64,000 bases of DNA. It comes from Malacoraja senta (Eukaryota). Positions 1 to 11,970 of the stretch are shown here, piece by piece. Under the pieces are notes generated by a model. The model worked only from the letters and a program-made list of their open reading frames with translations, did not search any database and had not been told where the DNA came from. The translations under genes and the position numbers were made by a program. Each line of letters starts with the position of its first letter. Within the stretch, counting starts at the first letter, position 1. The stretch is taken from NCBI GenBank assembly GCA_038087875.1, contig CM075995.1, forward strand, positions 11,038,001 to 11,102,000, given 5' to 3'.

Positions 1-500
1 TCCCAGATGCCTGTGGGTGATGTACACAGTGAAATTGCTGTCGGATATAAAAATGTGTACATATTTCCTTATTAATAGTGGCAATAAAATGGGGACCATT
101 GTCCAAGCTTATGACAGTAGGTAGGCCAAACCTGGGAATAACTTCCCTTAACACCAATGTTACTGTAGTCTCAGCAGTATCATTAGTGGTTGGTGGAGCT
201 TCAATCCACCTGCTAAATAAATCTAAAATAACTAAGCAATATTTATAACACTGGGCCCTTGGCATTTCAATAAAATCAATCTGTATGCATTCAAACGGTC
301 GTGATGGCATTGGTGTCACCCCTGAGGGTATCCTAATTGGTTTGCCTGGATTATTTCGTTGGCAAATTTTACATTCAGAGGCCTGCTTCAGTGCCTCTTG
401 CCGGATTTTTAGGTGCCACCACGTTTCCTTTGTCATCCTTATCATTCCCTCCTTACCAGCATGGGTAAGAGAGTGAATATATGTTAGTAAAACAGGTAAA
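1..500 (-). pseudogene. pol: Retroviral integrase fragment (HHCC zinc finger and core)
   Basis: Manual minus-strand translation: HSLTHAG...CKICQRNN...PFECIQIDF...LVILDLFSRWIEA...REVIPRFGLP...HHPQASG. Confidence 0.85.
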
Positions 501-506
501 AATGCA

Positions 507-1490
507 TCAGATACACCAACTTGTCCAAGCGGGGTGAGCCGAATCAATGGCACAGCCCTCTTGTTTCCATAGTTGTTTTGGGTTATCAGAGGCGTCCCTC
601 TGTAATGTACATACCTCCCTCATGTTTGGCAGGACCGTTCTATTTGCTAGCATCTGTTTACCTGCTGTCACTAAGCATTTGTATGCATAGGCTGCTTGTT
701 TGGCTACACTATCGGCAAATGCATTGCCTTTTGTTATAGGGTCCCCAGCACCAGTGTGTGCAGCACATTTAATAATGGTCAGCTGTTCTGGTATCATCAA
801 TGCCTTAAGCAAATAACGCACAGAAAGGCATTCCCGTGCTCCCAATCCTGGGGAGCTTTGTAAGGTCAGAACTTTAAGGTATAGGGATATTACTGACGGA
901 GCTGCCACAGGTAAGTATGCCATCGCTACTGGTAGGACGTAGGGAGGTGGACATCTCCCAGGATTATCTAACTCCTCATCTTCACTACCAAACAGGGTCG
1001 TCGTGCCAGACATGAAGTCTCCTCCAGAGGATTTATCAGTACTGGGTTTATTTGTACTAACCATCACCTGTTTATCACCTCCTGCCTGTCTCTTAATTAT
1101 TTTTTCTTGTTCCTCCGCCCACTGGCATTCTAGTTGCAATACTTTCCATCCTTTCATAGTGCCATCCTGATTTCGTAACTCTATCCCTTGTTTACATGCA
1201 GTATCCATCCAACTTCGATCTCTACTCTCCTCATGCTTCTTTTCTGCTTCTGCTTTCCACGTCTTAATTCCCTTCTTCCATTTCTTTCCTGCCTTCCTTT
1301 CCCATATCAACATTTCTGCTTTTTTAATTGTCTCGACATTCCATGTGCCCCCCACTGGCCAGGCTTCATCCCCCAACCGTTTGGTCAACTTGTAACTTAA
1401 CATTCTAAATTTCTTATTATACTTAGGATTCAAATAACACATATGTTGGACGGGGGTTCCCCCCTCACTGTTATCCAAAGCATTTCCCAT
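507..1490 (-). pseudogene. gag: ERV gag N-terminus fused in frame to the RNase H C-terminus
   Basis: MGNA myristoylation-type start, PPPY late domain, then IIKCAAHT...KGNAFADSVAKQAA (retroviral RNase H motif). CA, NC, PR and RT are absent. Confidence 0.8.
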
Positions 1491-2226
1491 AGCTAGATAG
1501 AGAAAAAGAGAGAGAAAAAAAAGAAAAAGAAAAAGAAAAAGAAAACAGACCGCTTGATTCCGAAACGTGCAAAATATATCAACCAGGCCGACTCGCTACT
1601 CGAGACACCAGTTTCTCAATTTGGCTGATTTTTTATTTTTCTTTACCTCTTTGATATACGACCCAAGTGTCTCAACGAAGCCGACTCACTAACCGAGACC
1701 CCCCGTTTCTCAACCTGGCAGACTTCTTAATCTTTAATATACAACGCCACTTATTTCTTAATCCGACAACTCCCCGGATGTTTCAATAAGCCAGACGCAC
1801 ACCTCAACTCCCGTATCTCAACCCGACAAAACACGGATGTCTCAACGAGGCCGATAAGCCCTTAGTAGAGAGAAAAGAAAAAAACAGAGATAGACAGAGA
1901 GAGAAAGAGAAACCACTCACGTCCTTCTTAACAATATACACAAGCCCATCTTAAAAATACATGCACAATTCTGTCTTAAAAATACATACACAATCCCTTC
2001 TTAAAAAAAAAACCCTATAAAGCCCAACTGGTCTTACCTTGGTCTGTTTCTAAGAACCTCGGCAGGGAACCTGGATCAACCTCTGATGAAGGATCACAGA
2101 CGTTCCCGGGAGTTTCTAGGGAGTCGGTCTTACAAGGGGGCCGATAGAGCTCAGTTATCTCCCTTCCAATCCCGGCAACCTCTGCAACCTCTTGCACAGT
2201 CAGCCGTTGATGTGGTCCCAGCGAGG

Positions 2227-2243
2227 CCTGCATAACTACGCCA
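2227..2243 (-). promoter_or_regulatory. Primer-binding site, tRNA-Ser-like
   Basis: Minus strand TGGCGTAGTTATGCAGG, 1 nt after the LTR end ...TTTTCA; resembles the complement of the tRNA-Ser 3' end (CCTGCCGACTACGCCA). Confidence 0.7.
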
Positions 2244-2244
2244 A

Positions 2245-2911
2245 TGAAAAAGTTACTTTTATAACTACTAAACCAGGTTCGCTTCTCAATAAACAGACAC
2301 CACACAAACTGTTTGGTAGACCAGTTCAAACTTTACTTAACATCGGCCGATGGAAGGGAGCGAGAATTCCAGCTAAGTGACCAATGTAGACACTCGACTG
2401 TCCTCGGTCCCCTTCTCTGAACAACAGAATTACATCGCATTATATAGTGTTTCTTTGTCACATTAGCACATTCCACAGACATTAGTCATGGTCAGAGGTA
2501 CAGGAAAAGGCATCACATCAAAGGCCTTTTGTTTACAGGTTATGATATACTATAAACATTGGCCATTTGTTTTAGGTCATTTTATCTTCAAAGAGATCAC
2601 CCTAGCTCTTTCGCTGTTTCCTCTCTGTCACTTGGTCCTTCATAAACATAGGCCATTTGTTTTATGGCATCTTATCTTTCCACTTCCCTGGATCCTCTCT
2701 CATCACTTCGCCCCTCCTAAACATTGGTCATTTGGTTTACAGCGTCTTACTTCAAAGATGTGACTAGCTGTTTCTCTCTTCCTTTATTGCCTCCTCCCCC
2801 ATAAACATTGGTCATTTGGTTCATGGCATCTTACTTCAAAGATGTGACTAGTTGTTTCTTTCTCTGTCACTTCCTCACTTGGGAGACAATGTTATGGTAT
2901 TTATTATCTCA
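2245..2911 (-). repeat. ERV 5' LTR
   Basis: TG...CA ends on the minus strand, TATATAA at ~2440-2446, AGTAAA poly(A)-like signal at ~2332-2337, four U3 repeats. The outer boundary is inferred. Confidence 0.7.
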
Positions 2912-5900
2912 ATACCCCAAAACCTGAGGCAACTTAACTTGCCTTTCTGTATTATTCTACTGGAGAAAAGCCTGATTTGAGACTAAATATAAGCTGTAAG
3001 CTTTTCTTATATTTTTAACATAATTCAGCTTTATCAGGTTGTGTAGGCCAGTCTGGTACCACCAATACTCCTGAAGCGGAGTCCTGTTTGATCTTCTGTA
3101 TACACTGACTAATGAGGCAAAATGGAGAAAAATGCATACAAAACCTTCTACCCCAATGCAGCCCGAAACATCCACCGCTACTGCCCTAGGATCAGGTCCC
3201 CTGACACATCTCTGGCATCCCCAACCACGCAATAATTTTATTAAATTTGTCACGATCCAGCATCCATTCTGTATTGTCATTGAATTTACGTGACCTTGTG
3301 TGTGCAATTATGTTGAATCTACCTGGTAGGTAGATTGCCTATGTTTCTGGTAAAACATCAGGTCCAGATCACGTTTGCCAATTTATCAGAAGATTCCGAC
3401 ATGATACCACCCAAATGATTAACATACGTTACTGTTCCGTAGTGTTGTCAATCTGTACCTGAACATGCAAATTTTGCATATTAGAGCAATAAGCTATAGG
3501 CCCATAAAATGTTCCTAAAAGCTCTAAGTAAATCATCCCTTGTTCTTGAATCAAAGGTACTTTCTCCACATTCCATCTACCTCCACAGCTGGAAATAGTA
3601 TTAGTAGCGCCCCAACCTAGAGCACTTCAATGAGTCTGTAGAATAATGGAAGGTGTTTCAACCAGAATCTCTCTGGAAGCATTTGAGACACTCATGATCC
3701 ACCATCGTATTTCAGTAATAACTGGCACTTGCCCTGAATGTATCCTCAATGCCTGTACGTATGCTCGCTGGAAATGCTGATAATGCAGCGATCCAATCTG
3801 TACAGCCGGAAATGAAACAATTAGTTTGCCAAACAAGCTTTCTACCTGCCTAATTGAGGGTTGGTGCTGTGTAATGAGCTTAATACAACCTTCAATTAAC
3901 TGCAGCTTTTATCCTTGGGCGGAGTCACTACCATGTGTTCTGAATTAATAGTGAAACCCAAGTAATCAATTACTGTGCTTGGTAATAGTTTGGAATTATC
4001 TGAATGGATAATAAATCCCAGCCTCTCGAAAGTGAGCTTGATTCTTGACACTGATGCTTCTGTTGTAGCCCGAGTGTCTCCCACAATCAGAATATATCCA
4101 AAAAGGCCATTACCAAATGGCCCTGAGCTCTTAGTAGTGGTTTTGGTTTTTAATAATTTGGTAGTCTCAGAGCTGAGGTTAAACCATTAGACAATGCTTT
4201 AAATTGCCATAATTGACATCCAGCTAAATTTTTAATATCTTTGATCATCACCATGCACAGCCACACAGTAATATGCATCTTGAAGATCTATGCTAGCCAT
4301 ATAGCATTTTCTTGAAATTAGCTGTATAGCATTGGCAATTGTCTCCATTTTAAAATGTTTTTATACTGTACAAAAGGGTTAAGACTTGTCAGATCTAGAA
4401 TAATTCTACACCCACCATTCTTTTTTGCTCTAAGAAAATACTTGACACAAATTGGTGGTGTTGGTGAACTGACTTCTCAATTACCCTTTTTTACACAATA
4501 GTTCAAGTTCTGCCTGAATCTGCATATTCTCTTCTTTTGAGAAAATACGTGTCCAGTTTGAAATATGTTGAATAGGCGGATCCAAATATGGGTAGAATTC
4601 AATTCTAGACCCCACAATACTGTACAGTATAAATGCATCAGATTGCCATTCTTTTAGGAAGAATTGTAATCTTCCTCCCACTTGTAAATGTGAAACATTA
4701 ATAGTCTCTTGCAGGACCAAACCCACCAACCTCGGGATTTGCCGATGGCAATTGTTGTCCCTTGCTCTTAGTGGGAATACTGTAAACTCCACGTGCCCCA
4801 AGAGCAGTGCGCCAATAACTCATATATATGGGAAAGACCGATTTGATCCTTCACTGGCCCCAGTCACCACACGTCGGTAGGGAAACTGCCTTCGAATTGA
4901 TCTGCCAAGCACCCCCATCATCCCCACGGTCTTAACTTCTTCATTCAGGTCTTTTACCCTTTTGGCTAGATTCTCTCCAAAAAGCAGATTAGGCAATTGA
5001 ATATTAGATGTTTTACAGAGCCCCGCAAACTTAGGGTGTATGTTAGACCTTATAGCATTTTTACAAATACAGTTTATTTCAAAGTGCGCACTACACATGA
5101 GTGCTAAGGCAACCTTGTTGTGATGCAGACGCATGCTCTCCATCCAAGCCTCTGGCCAAAGCCGTAATGCCTGACCCCAGCAATTTGAACACCCGCTGTA
5201 ATTTAATTTATTGTGCGCGTAATGCAATGCCCACATAGCCCCACATTACATTATTCACCGCTGGGACGGCTAGCAGTGCACAATTCTGAGGGTCTCTTTT
5301 TTTTTTTTTACAGTCTTATCCATGGTCAGTACCTGGAGCTGATAGGAGAGCAAGTAATTTATTGTCATTGCTAATTTATCTCCCAATGGTTCCCCTAATA
5401 GTCTGGGAACGGAAAATTTTATTTTGTGCCAGACCTGGTCTTTTAGGCTCTGTTATTGGGCTCTGGTCCTCAAATGATTTGTCATCTGAATCTTGTTACA
5501 CGTAAAATAATCCTCCTCATGGAGGGGGCGAACTGGCATCCTGCTTCAGGTGTTTCTAGGCAGCCCTCTTTCAGGTGCTGCTGGTGCAGGCTCTCCTGTA
5601 GGCCAATGCCTATACTGTCTTCCTTCAGACATTGTTGGCGCTGGCTCTCCTGTCGGCCAACGCATAAAATGCCCTTGTTCAGGCATTGCTGACGCTGGCT
5701 CTCCTGTAGGCCAACGCTGAGCCGGACCTTACCCAAGCACTCCCTGCGCTGGCTCTCCTGTAGGCCAACGCTGAGCCGGACCTTTACCAGGCACTCCCAG
5801 CGCTGGGTCTCCCGTAGGCCAACGCTGAGCCGGACCTTTCCCAGGCACTCCCTGCGCTGGCTCTCCCGTAGGCCAACGCGGACCCGAGTAGACAAAATGT

Positions 5901-6340
5901 CTGCCTGAGGCGGGGGAACCTCCGGTCTGACTCTTCAGAGTCTGCTGGCCGCACGGACTGGTCTTGCGCTCTAATGGCGCTGCAACGGTACTTCTTTTAA
6001 CCGTTTCTATAGTCGATGGCCTCGCTGCCACCGACTCCTCAAGCGGGCGCCCGCTACTCGCAGACCCGCGGTCTACTCGAGTTTTACCTGCGGTACGCCG
6101 CCCTTATGTCCTTTCTCCATTCTAACTTGGGTTGTCTCACAACTACAAGTTTCTTTGAAGAAAGCGACCTGAAAGCGAACAGCGAATAGCGAACCACTTA
6201 CCTTCAGGCTTTGTACTTACCGGTTGGAGGAGCTCTGCTCCTCCACACACGGTTGCTGCACTATGCGTCTGACGATTGATGCGTGTGCGGCTGGACGGGG
6301 TCTTCTTCACGCAGTCACTCACGTGACTCGGAAGTAAAAT
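2912..6340 (-). mobile_element. DIRS1-like retrotransposon copy 1, degenerate, 3' part cut off by the ERV
   Basis: Gag (4820-5236), RT (VGGRLQFFLKEW; frameshifted) and RNase H remnants. Terminus 6302-6340 is nearly identical to the DIRS terminus at 13370-13405. Confidence 0.85.
5585..5885. repeat. ~54-bp tandem repeat (about 6 units) in the DIRS 5'/gag region
   Basis: CGCTGGCTCTCCTGTAGGCCAACGC recurs at 5639, 5693, 5747, 5801 and 5855, with a degenerate unit at ~5588. Confidence 0.9.
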
Positions 6341-7004
6341 TGCTAGGTTTACTCTTAGAACCCTTTTTAAACAATGGAACAAGGTGCACATTACGCCAAT
6401 CCTCCGGCACCATTCCCGTTTCTAATGACATTTGAAATATTTCTGTCATAGCCCCTGCTATTTCTAACTTCCCTCAATGTCCTAGGGAAAATCCTGTCTG
6501 GACCTGGAGATTTAGCCACTTTTATATTTTTCAAAAGTGTCAGTACTTCCTCTTCTTTGATCCTCATAGTTTCCATAGCTACTCTACTTGTTTCCCTTAC
6601 CTCACATAATTCGATATCCTTCTCCTTGGTGAATACCGAAGAAAAGAAATTGTTCAATATCTCCCCCATCTCTTTTGGCTCTGCAGATAGCTGTCCACTC
6701 TGACTCTCGGACCAATTTTATCCCTCGTTATCCTTTTGCCATGAATATAGCTGTAGAAACCCTTTGGATTTACTTTCACCTTACTTGCCAAAGCAACCTC
6801 ATATCTTCTTTTAGCTTTTCTAATTTCTTTCTTAAGATTCTTTTTACATTCTTTATACTCCTCAAGCACCTCGTTAACTCCATGCTGCCTATAATTATTG
6901 TAGATCTCTCTCTTTTTCCGAACCAAGTGTCCAATTTCCCTTGAAAACCATGGCTCTTTGAAATTATTACTCTTTCCTATCAAACGAACGGGGACATAAA
7001 GATT
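6341..7004 (-). mobile_element. CR1 LINE (family B) ORF2 fragment, host of the L1 insertion
   Basis: KEPWFSREIG, KSPGPDRIFPRTLREV; matches the CR1 at 25256 and 53000; resumes at 19943. Confidence 0.9.
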
Positions 7005-7416
7005 TTTTAATTTTTTAATTTTAATTTTTTTAAATTTTTTTATTTAGTTGAAGTACATGACATTACAACCACATACATTAGTACTCGTCACATATATCTT
7101 CTTACAATTAATGTACTCCGTTTGTTTTTTACACTAATAAAGGGAAAGGATGAGATTGAGAGAAAGAAAAAAGTGAAGGAAAAGGTGAAAGTGTAAAAAA
7201 CGTGACAACAAGAAACAACGAAGACCCTAGAAGAACGAAATTAAAAACAAAAGAAAAAGAGTTAAGAAATAGACCCTAGAAAAGAAGAAGAAAGAGAAAG
7301 AAGGAAAAGAGAAAAACAAATAGTTTTTGTAAGCATCACGCAAATGGGACATACCAACTCTCCAACTTTCATCCCCCCTTACCTGACCTCAGTTTTTTTT
7401 AAGGTACTTTTGCACC

Positions 7417-8640
7417 CTATATTTGTAATAATTCTATAAATGCAGACCACGTCAGGTGGAAGTGATCTGGTTTACCTGCCAGGAGGAGTCTTATCTCTTC
7501 TAGGTGTAATGTTTCGAACATATTTGAAATCCACATATTTATAGCCTTTTTCCAACATTTTAGGATTACCTTTTTTCCAGTTATTAACCCATAGTCTATT
7601 AGTTTCTTTTGGAACACATTTAGTTCTGGACTATCTTCCGTTATTCCGAAGATAATCCATTCTGCTTTGGGTATCAGTTTTATTTTAAATATATTTTTTT
7701 AAATTTCAAAAATTTAAATCCAAAATTTTTGAATTTCTGTACAGAAAACAAATGAGTGCGCTATAGTAGCTTCTTGAGATTGACATTTATCACAGATGGA
7801 TGATACATTTGGGAAATTTTTATGGATTTTAGTTTTGGAATAATATAATCTATGTAAAATTTTAAATTGTATTAAAGTGTGTCTTACATAAATCGAACAT
7901 TTATGCACGTTTAATAAGTGTTCATTCCACCTTTCCTTTGACATTTTAATAGCGAATTCTTGTTCCCAGTCTCTTCTGATGCGTTCCGTAGATGGTATTT
8001 CTACATTTAAGATAATATTATACAAATATGATATTAAGTTTGCTGATTCAGCTTTTATCTGCATTGCATCATCCAATACATCTGCTGGGCTATTATAATG
8101 ATCTTTTGTATATTTTTTCAAATAGTCGCATATTTGAAAATATTTCAAATATTGATTATTTCCGAGTTTATATTTTATTTGTAATTGTTGAAATGAAAGT
8201 AATTTTCTAGTTTCATACAGGTCACCGAACGTTTTAATTCCTAGTCTATCCCAGTGTGTGAAAGATGTATCTATAATAGAGGGATTAAACGAAGGATTAT
8301 TAACTATGGGAGATAAAAGTGATAAATTTCTTAATTTTAAATTTTGTTTTATTTGTTTCCAAATTCTGATTGTGCTATGTATAATTGGGTTCTTATTATA
8401 ATTTATGTTATTCTGTTTCATTGGTGAGAGGAGGATCGCTCCAATGTTTCCAGAGGAGCAATCCTCTCTCTCCATTACAATCCAGTCCACTTGCTGGGCA
8501 GAGTTATCCATCAGTTGAATCATATTTTTAATATTTACTGACCAATAATAATACATGAAATTAGGTAGTGCTAAGCCCCCTAATACTTTAGGTTTGTTCA
8601 AGTGAGTTCTTTGTATTCTATGTGATTTATAGTCCCATAT
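7417..8640 (-). pseudogene. L1 ORF2 C-terminus with zf-RVT/CCHC region
   Basis: GGLALPNFMYYYW, QFKILHRLY, CDKC...HSFVFC. Confidence 0.9.
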
Positions 8641-8870
8641 AAAATAGTAAGATTAAACGAGAACTTACCAGTTTGAAGTTTGATCTGTATTTTATGAGGA
8701 GTTACGATGAGGGATTACGTGAAGAACCCGCTCAGTGCGCAGGCACGGCATACTTCCAAGCAGCGGTGTGGAATCACAGATAGACACAAGTATTTGAAGT
8801 AAACATAGTAAAGAAAAGGAGACATCAATTTATTAGTTTGATCCATATAATGAGGGTGGGAGCGGAGGGC

Positions 8871-8982
8871 ACGTAATCCCTCATCGTAACTCCTCATAAA
8901 ATACAGATCAAACTTCAAACTGGTAAGTTCTCGTTTAATCTTACTATTTTACTTCGGAGTCACGTGAGTGACTACGTGAAGA
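8871..8982. repeat. DIRS internal complementary region (ICR)
   Basis: 8871-8950 is the reverse complement of 8641-8720, and 8947-8982 is the reverse complement of ~13369-13404. Confidence 0.95.
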
Positions 8983-9199
8983 TTTCAAAGCTCTGTGATT
9001 TCAAACCGTGTAACAGTTTTATTTCACTCACCGCCGAAAGTTCTTGAGGGAGGAAGTGTTATCGTAATCAACCAATGAATCTGTTTCTCAAGAAAAAAAA
9101 AGGTATTTATTAACAATAACAAAATTAAAGTGCTCCCCCGGGCTTAAATTAAATATTTGCAGCTTGTAATATTTTCTCTGCAAATAAATCAGGTTTCAT

Positions 9200-10110
9200 C
9201 AACGGCTTATTATAAAAGTTCTGAATGTCGTTTCCCTCGACCATCCTGCTGTATTCAGAATATGGTCAACCGGTACGTCCATTCTGTCGGCCGTTGATGT
9301 AGAAGCTGCCCTAGTGGAATGAGATTTAAATGTATTAGTATCTATTCCGGCAGCCTTCAGTACCTGTTTGAGCCATCTTGAAATGGTTTGGCTCGTTACC
9401 CGGCCATGAGGTTACTTGTGGCTGACCCATAAGGCTTTTTCACTCCCTCTGATATTGTGGGTTATGTCTATGTAATGTTGTAGATGGGTCACGACACACA
9501 ACCGTGGCTCTTGTGGGTAGGCCCGGAATACCACCAGTGGATTAGCTGTTCCTGGCCTGCTTTGCTTCACCAGACCCTGTATGATGAATGTGATCTGATC
9601 TGGGGTGGTCACCATGTTGTCCAGCCTTAACTTGTGTAGTGACTGGACCCTCTGAGCGGATACGAGTGCCATCAACATGAGCGTCTTTAGTGTAGATTGC
9701 TCGAGGCTGAGGGATCTGGCTGGTGGCCATTCCCTGAGGTATGTCAGGACCACACTGATATCCCAAATATGGGTATACCTGGGTTTAGGGGCTTGATATC
9801 ATAAATGCCCTTCATCAGTTTTACCACCAGTGGATTGGATCCCATTGCCTGTTGTCCTGCTGGTTTGAGATAAGCAGAAAGAGCACTTCGCGTTGTGTTG
9901 ATGGCACTGTAACTGATCCCTTCATCATGGTGTAGATGGGCCAGGAATTCCAGTACGTTGGTGGCTGTGGCTGTTGCATACGTTGTCCCTGTTTCCTGGC
10001 AGTACTTCTCCCATTTTCTTATGCTGATTCAGTACTGCCTCTTGGTGGATGTTCACAGGGATGCCGACATGGTGGTGATGGTTCGTTCGGACAATCCCTG
10101 TTCCAGGTAA
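9200..10110 (-). pseudogene. DIRS tyrosine recombinase
   Basis: KTLMLMALVSAQRVQSL (box I Arg), FKSHSTRAAS (HxxR), ILNTAGW; contains stops and frameshifts. Confidence 0.88.
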
Positions 10111-10117
10111 GATCTAT

Positions 10118-11970
10118 TCAAAGCCTGCAACCCAGGAGTTTAATTTTCTCATGGCATGGGTGGCTTATGCCTGATACTGGGTGAGTTAATAATCCTGGAT
10201 CACTGGGAAAGACCATTGGTGACTCAACCGCCATGTCATGTAGAACCGGGAACCATGGCTGTGTAGGCCAGTCGGGCACCATCAAAATTCCAGAAGCAGA
10301 GTCCATCTGTATTTTGCGAAGTACCCGACTGATGAGGCCGAAGGGAGGGAAAACATAGAAGAAGACATTTCCCCAATCCAGCGTGATGGCATGTATCGCT
10401 GCTGCCTCTGGGTCTGGTTCCCAAGCGACATATATAGGTAACTGGTGATTTCGTCTTGATGCAAATACATCGATATCTGGCGTTCCATACTGCTTAATAA
10501 CTTTAGCAAATACTTTAGGGTTTAACATCCATTCGATGTTATCATTGAATTTGCGTGACCTGGTGTCTGCCACTGAGTTTAGCTTACCTGGTAGATAAGT
10601 AGCTGATAGCCAAATATGTCTTTCGACACACCATAGCCAAATCACGTTGACCAATTTGTCGCATGATAATGATCTTATGCCGCCCATATGGTTAATATAA
10701 GCCACCACCATAGTATTATCAATCTGTAACCAAACATGCAAGTGCTGCATATTAGATACATATGCTTTTAACCCATAAAAGGCGCCCAACATCTCTAGAT
10801 AGTTAATGCCCAGTGTCAGTAGTAATGATGACTCTAGGTTAGTCCATCTACCACCTGTGCTGGATATGGAGTTAGTTGCTCCCCAGCCTTGAGCACTGGC
10901 ATCTGTTTGAAGAACTAAAGTAAGGTTAGTGATGATGATAGAGCTGAAACTATGCCAAGCATTTTCTGCCCACCACTGTAGCTGATATTGCTTCAGTGGG
11001 TAATTACATGACACGAACATCGTGACCTGTATGTTGTTTTAGTGCCTGTACCTTTGCCGTTTGTAAATTTTGATAGTGCAAAGGTCCGCATTGTGTAGCT
11101 GGAAATGCTGCTACCATTTTCCCAATCACTCTTGGGACTTGTCGAATAGTTGGTCGTTTGTTGACCATTAAATAGTTGCATGATTGTGCTAATGCAACCA
11201 TTTAAATTTTTTTTTTTTAAATTAATTAATTAATTTATTTATTTATTTTTATTTTCCTTTTGGCAAGGTAACAGTCATATGGACTGAGTTAATTGTGAAG
11301 CCCAGGTAGTCCATAATAGTGGATGGCTTCAACTTAGATTTATCTGGATGTAGGACGAACCCCAGAGTTTTGAGGAGCTGTTTTGTAGCTGATACTGCTG
11401 CCACAGCCAATTCCATCGTTTTCCCTACTATCTGAATATCATCCAGGTATGCCATGACAATATGTGTTTGTTTCTTAGTCTTGCCATGGCTATTTTCAAT
11501 ATTTTGATGAATAATCTTGGGGCTGAAGTTAGCCCATTGGGCAATGCTTTGTACTGCCTCAGCTGCCCCAACCAGATAAATTGTAGGTATCTGCAATGAT
11601 CCTTGTGTATGGGTATTAGATAGTACGCATCTTTCAGATCAATGCTTGCCATGAAGCATCCTTTGGAAATCAGTTGTTTGGCAGTAACAACTGTCTCCAT
11701 TTTGAAATGTATATACTCAACAAACTTATTTAGTGATGTTAAGTCAATGATGATGCGACATCCACCATCTTTTTTGGTTTTATTTGATACAAATTCCAAA
11801 GGTTCATGTTTGGTCTTTTGGATGACCTCTCCACTAATGCTGTTGAGTATATACTTGTCACACGTGACAGTAACCCATGCTTCTTTAAACCAGTGTAATC
11901 TCCCCTCTGTTAGTAAAGCACCCTTATTCTCTATATGCTGGCAGGAACCAGACCCACCTACCTCCATGGT
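10118..11970 (-). pseudogene. DIRS RT - RNase H - adenine methyltransferase-like ORF
   Basis: SIDLKDAY, LPNGLTSAPRLF, YLDD, TDASAQGWG, INYLE, DN, PDIDVFAS...FPPF...PDWPTQPWF; several frameshifts. Confidence 0.92.

Larger units (their letters stand above)
1..2911 (-). mobile_element. Endogenous retrovirus (class I, epsilon/gamma-like), internally deleted, runs off the left edge
   Basis: On the minus strand: LTR, PBS, leader, gag N-terminus, RNase H tail, then integrase. Confidence 0.85.

Noticed and set aside
9200..11020. Prophage or restriction-modification module (integrase + methyltransferase)
   Set aside because: Both are standard DIRS domains inside ITR/ICR boundaries
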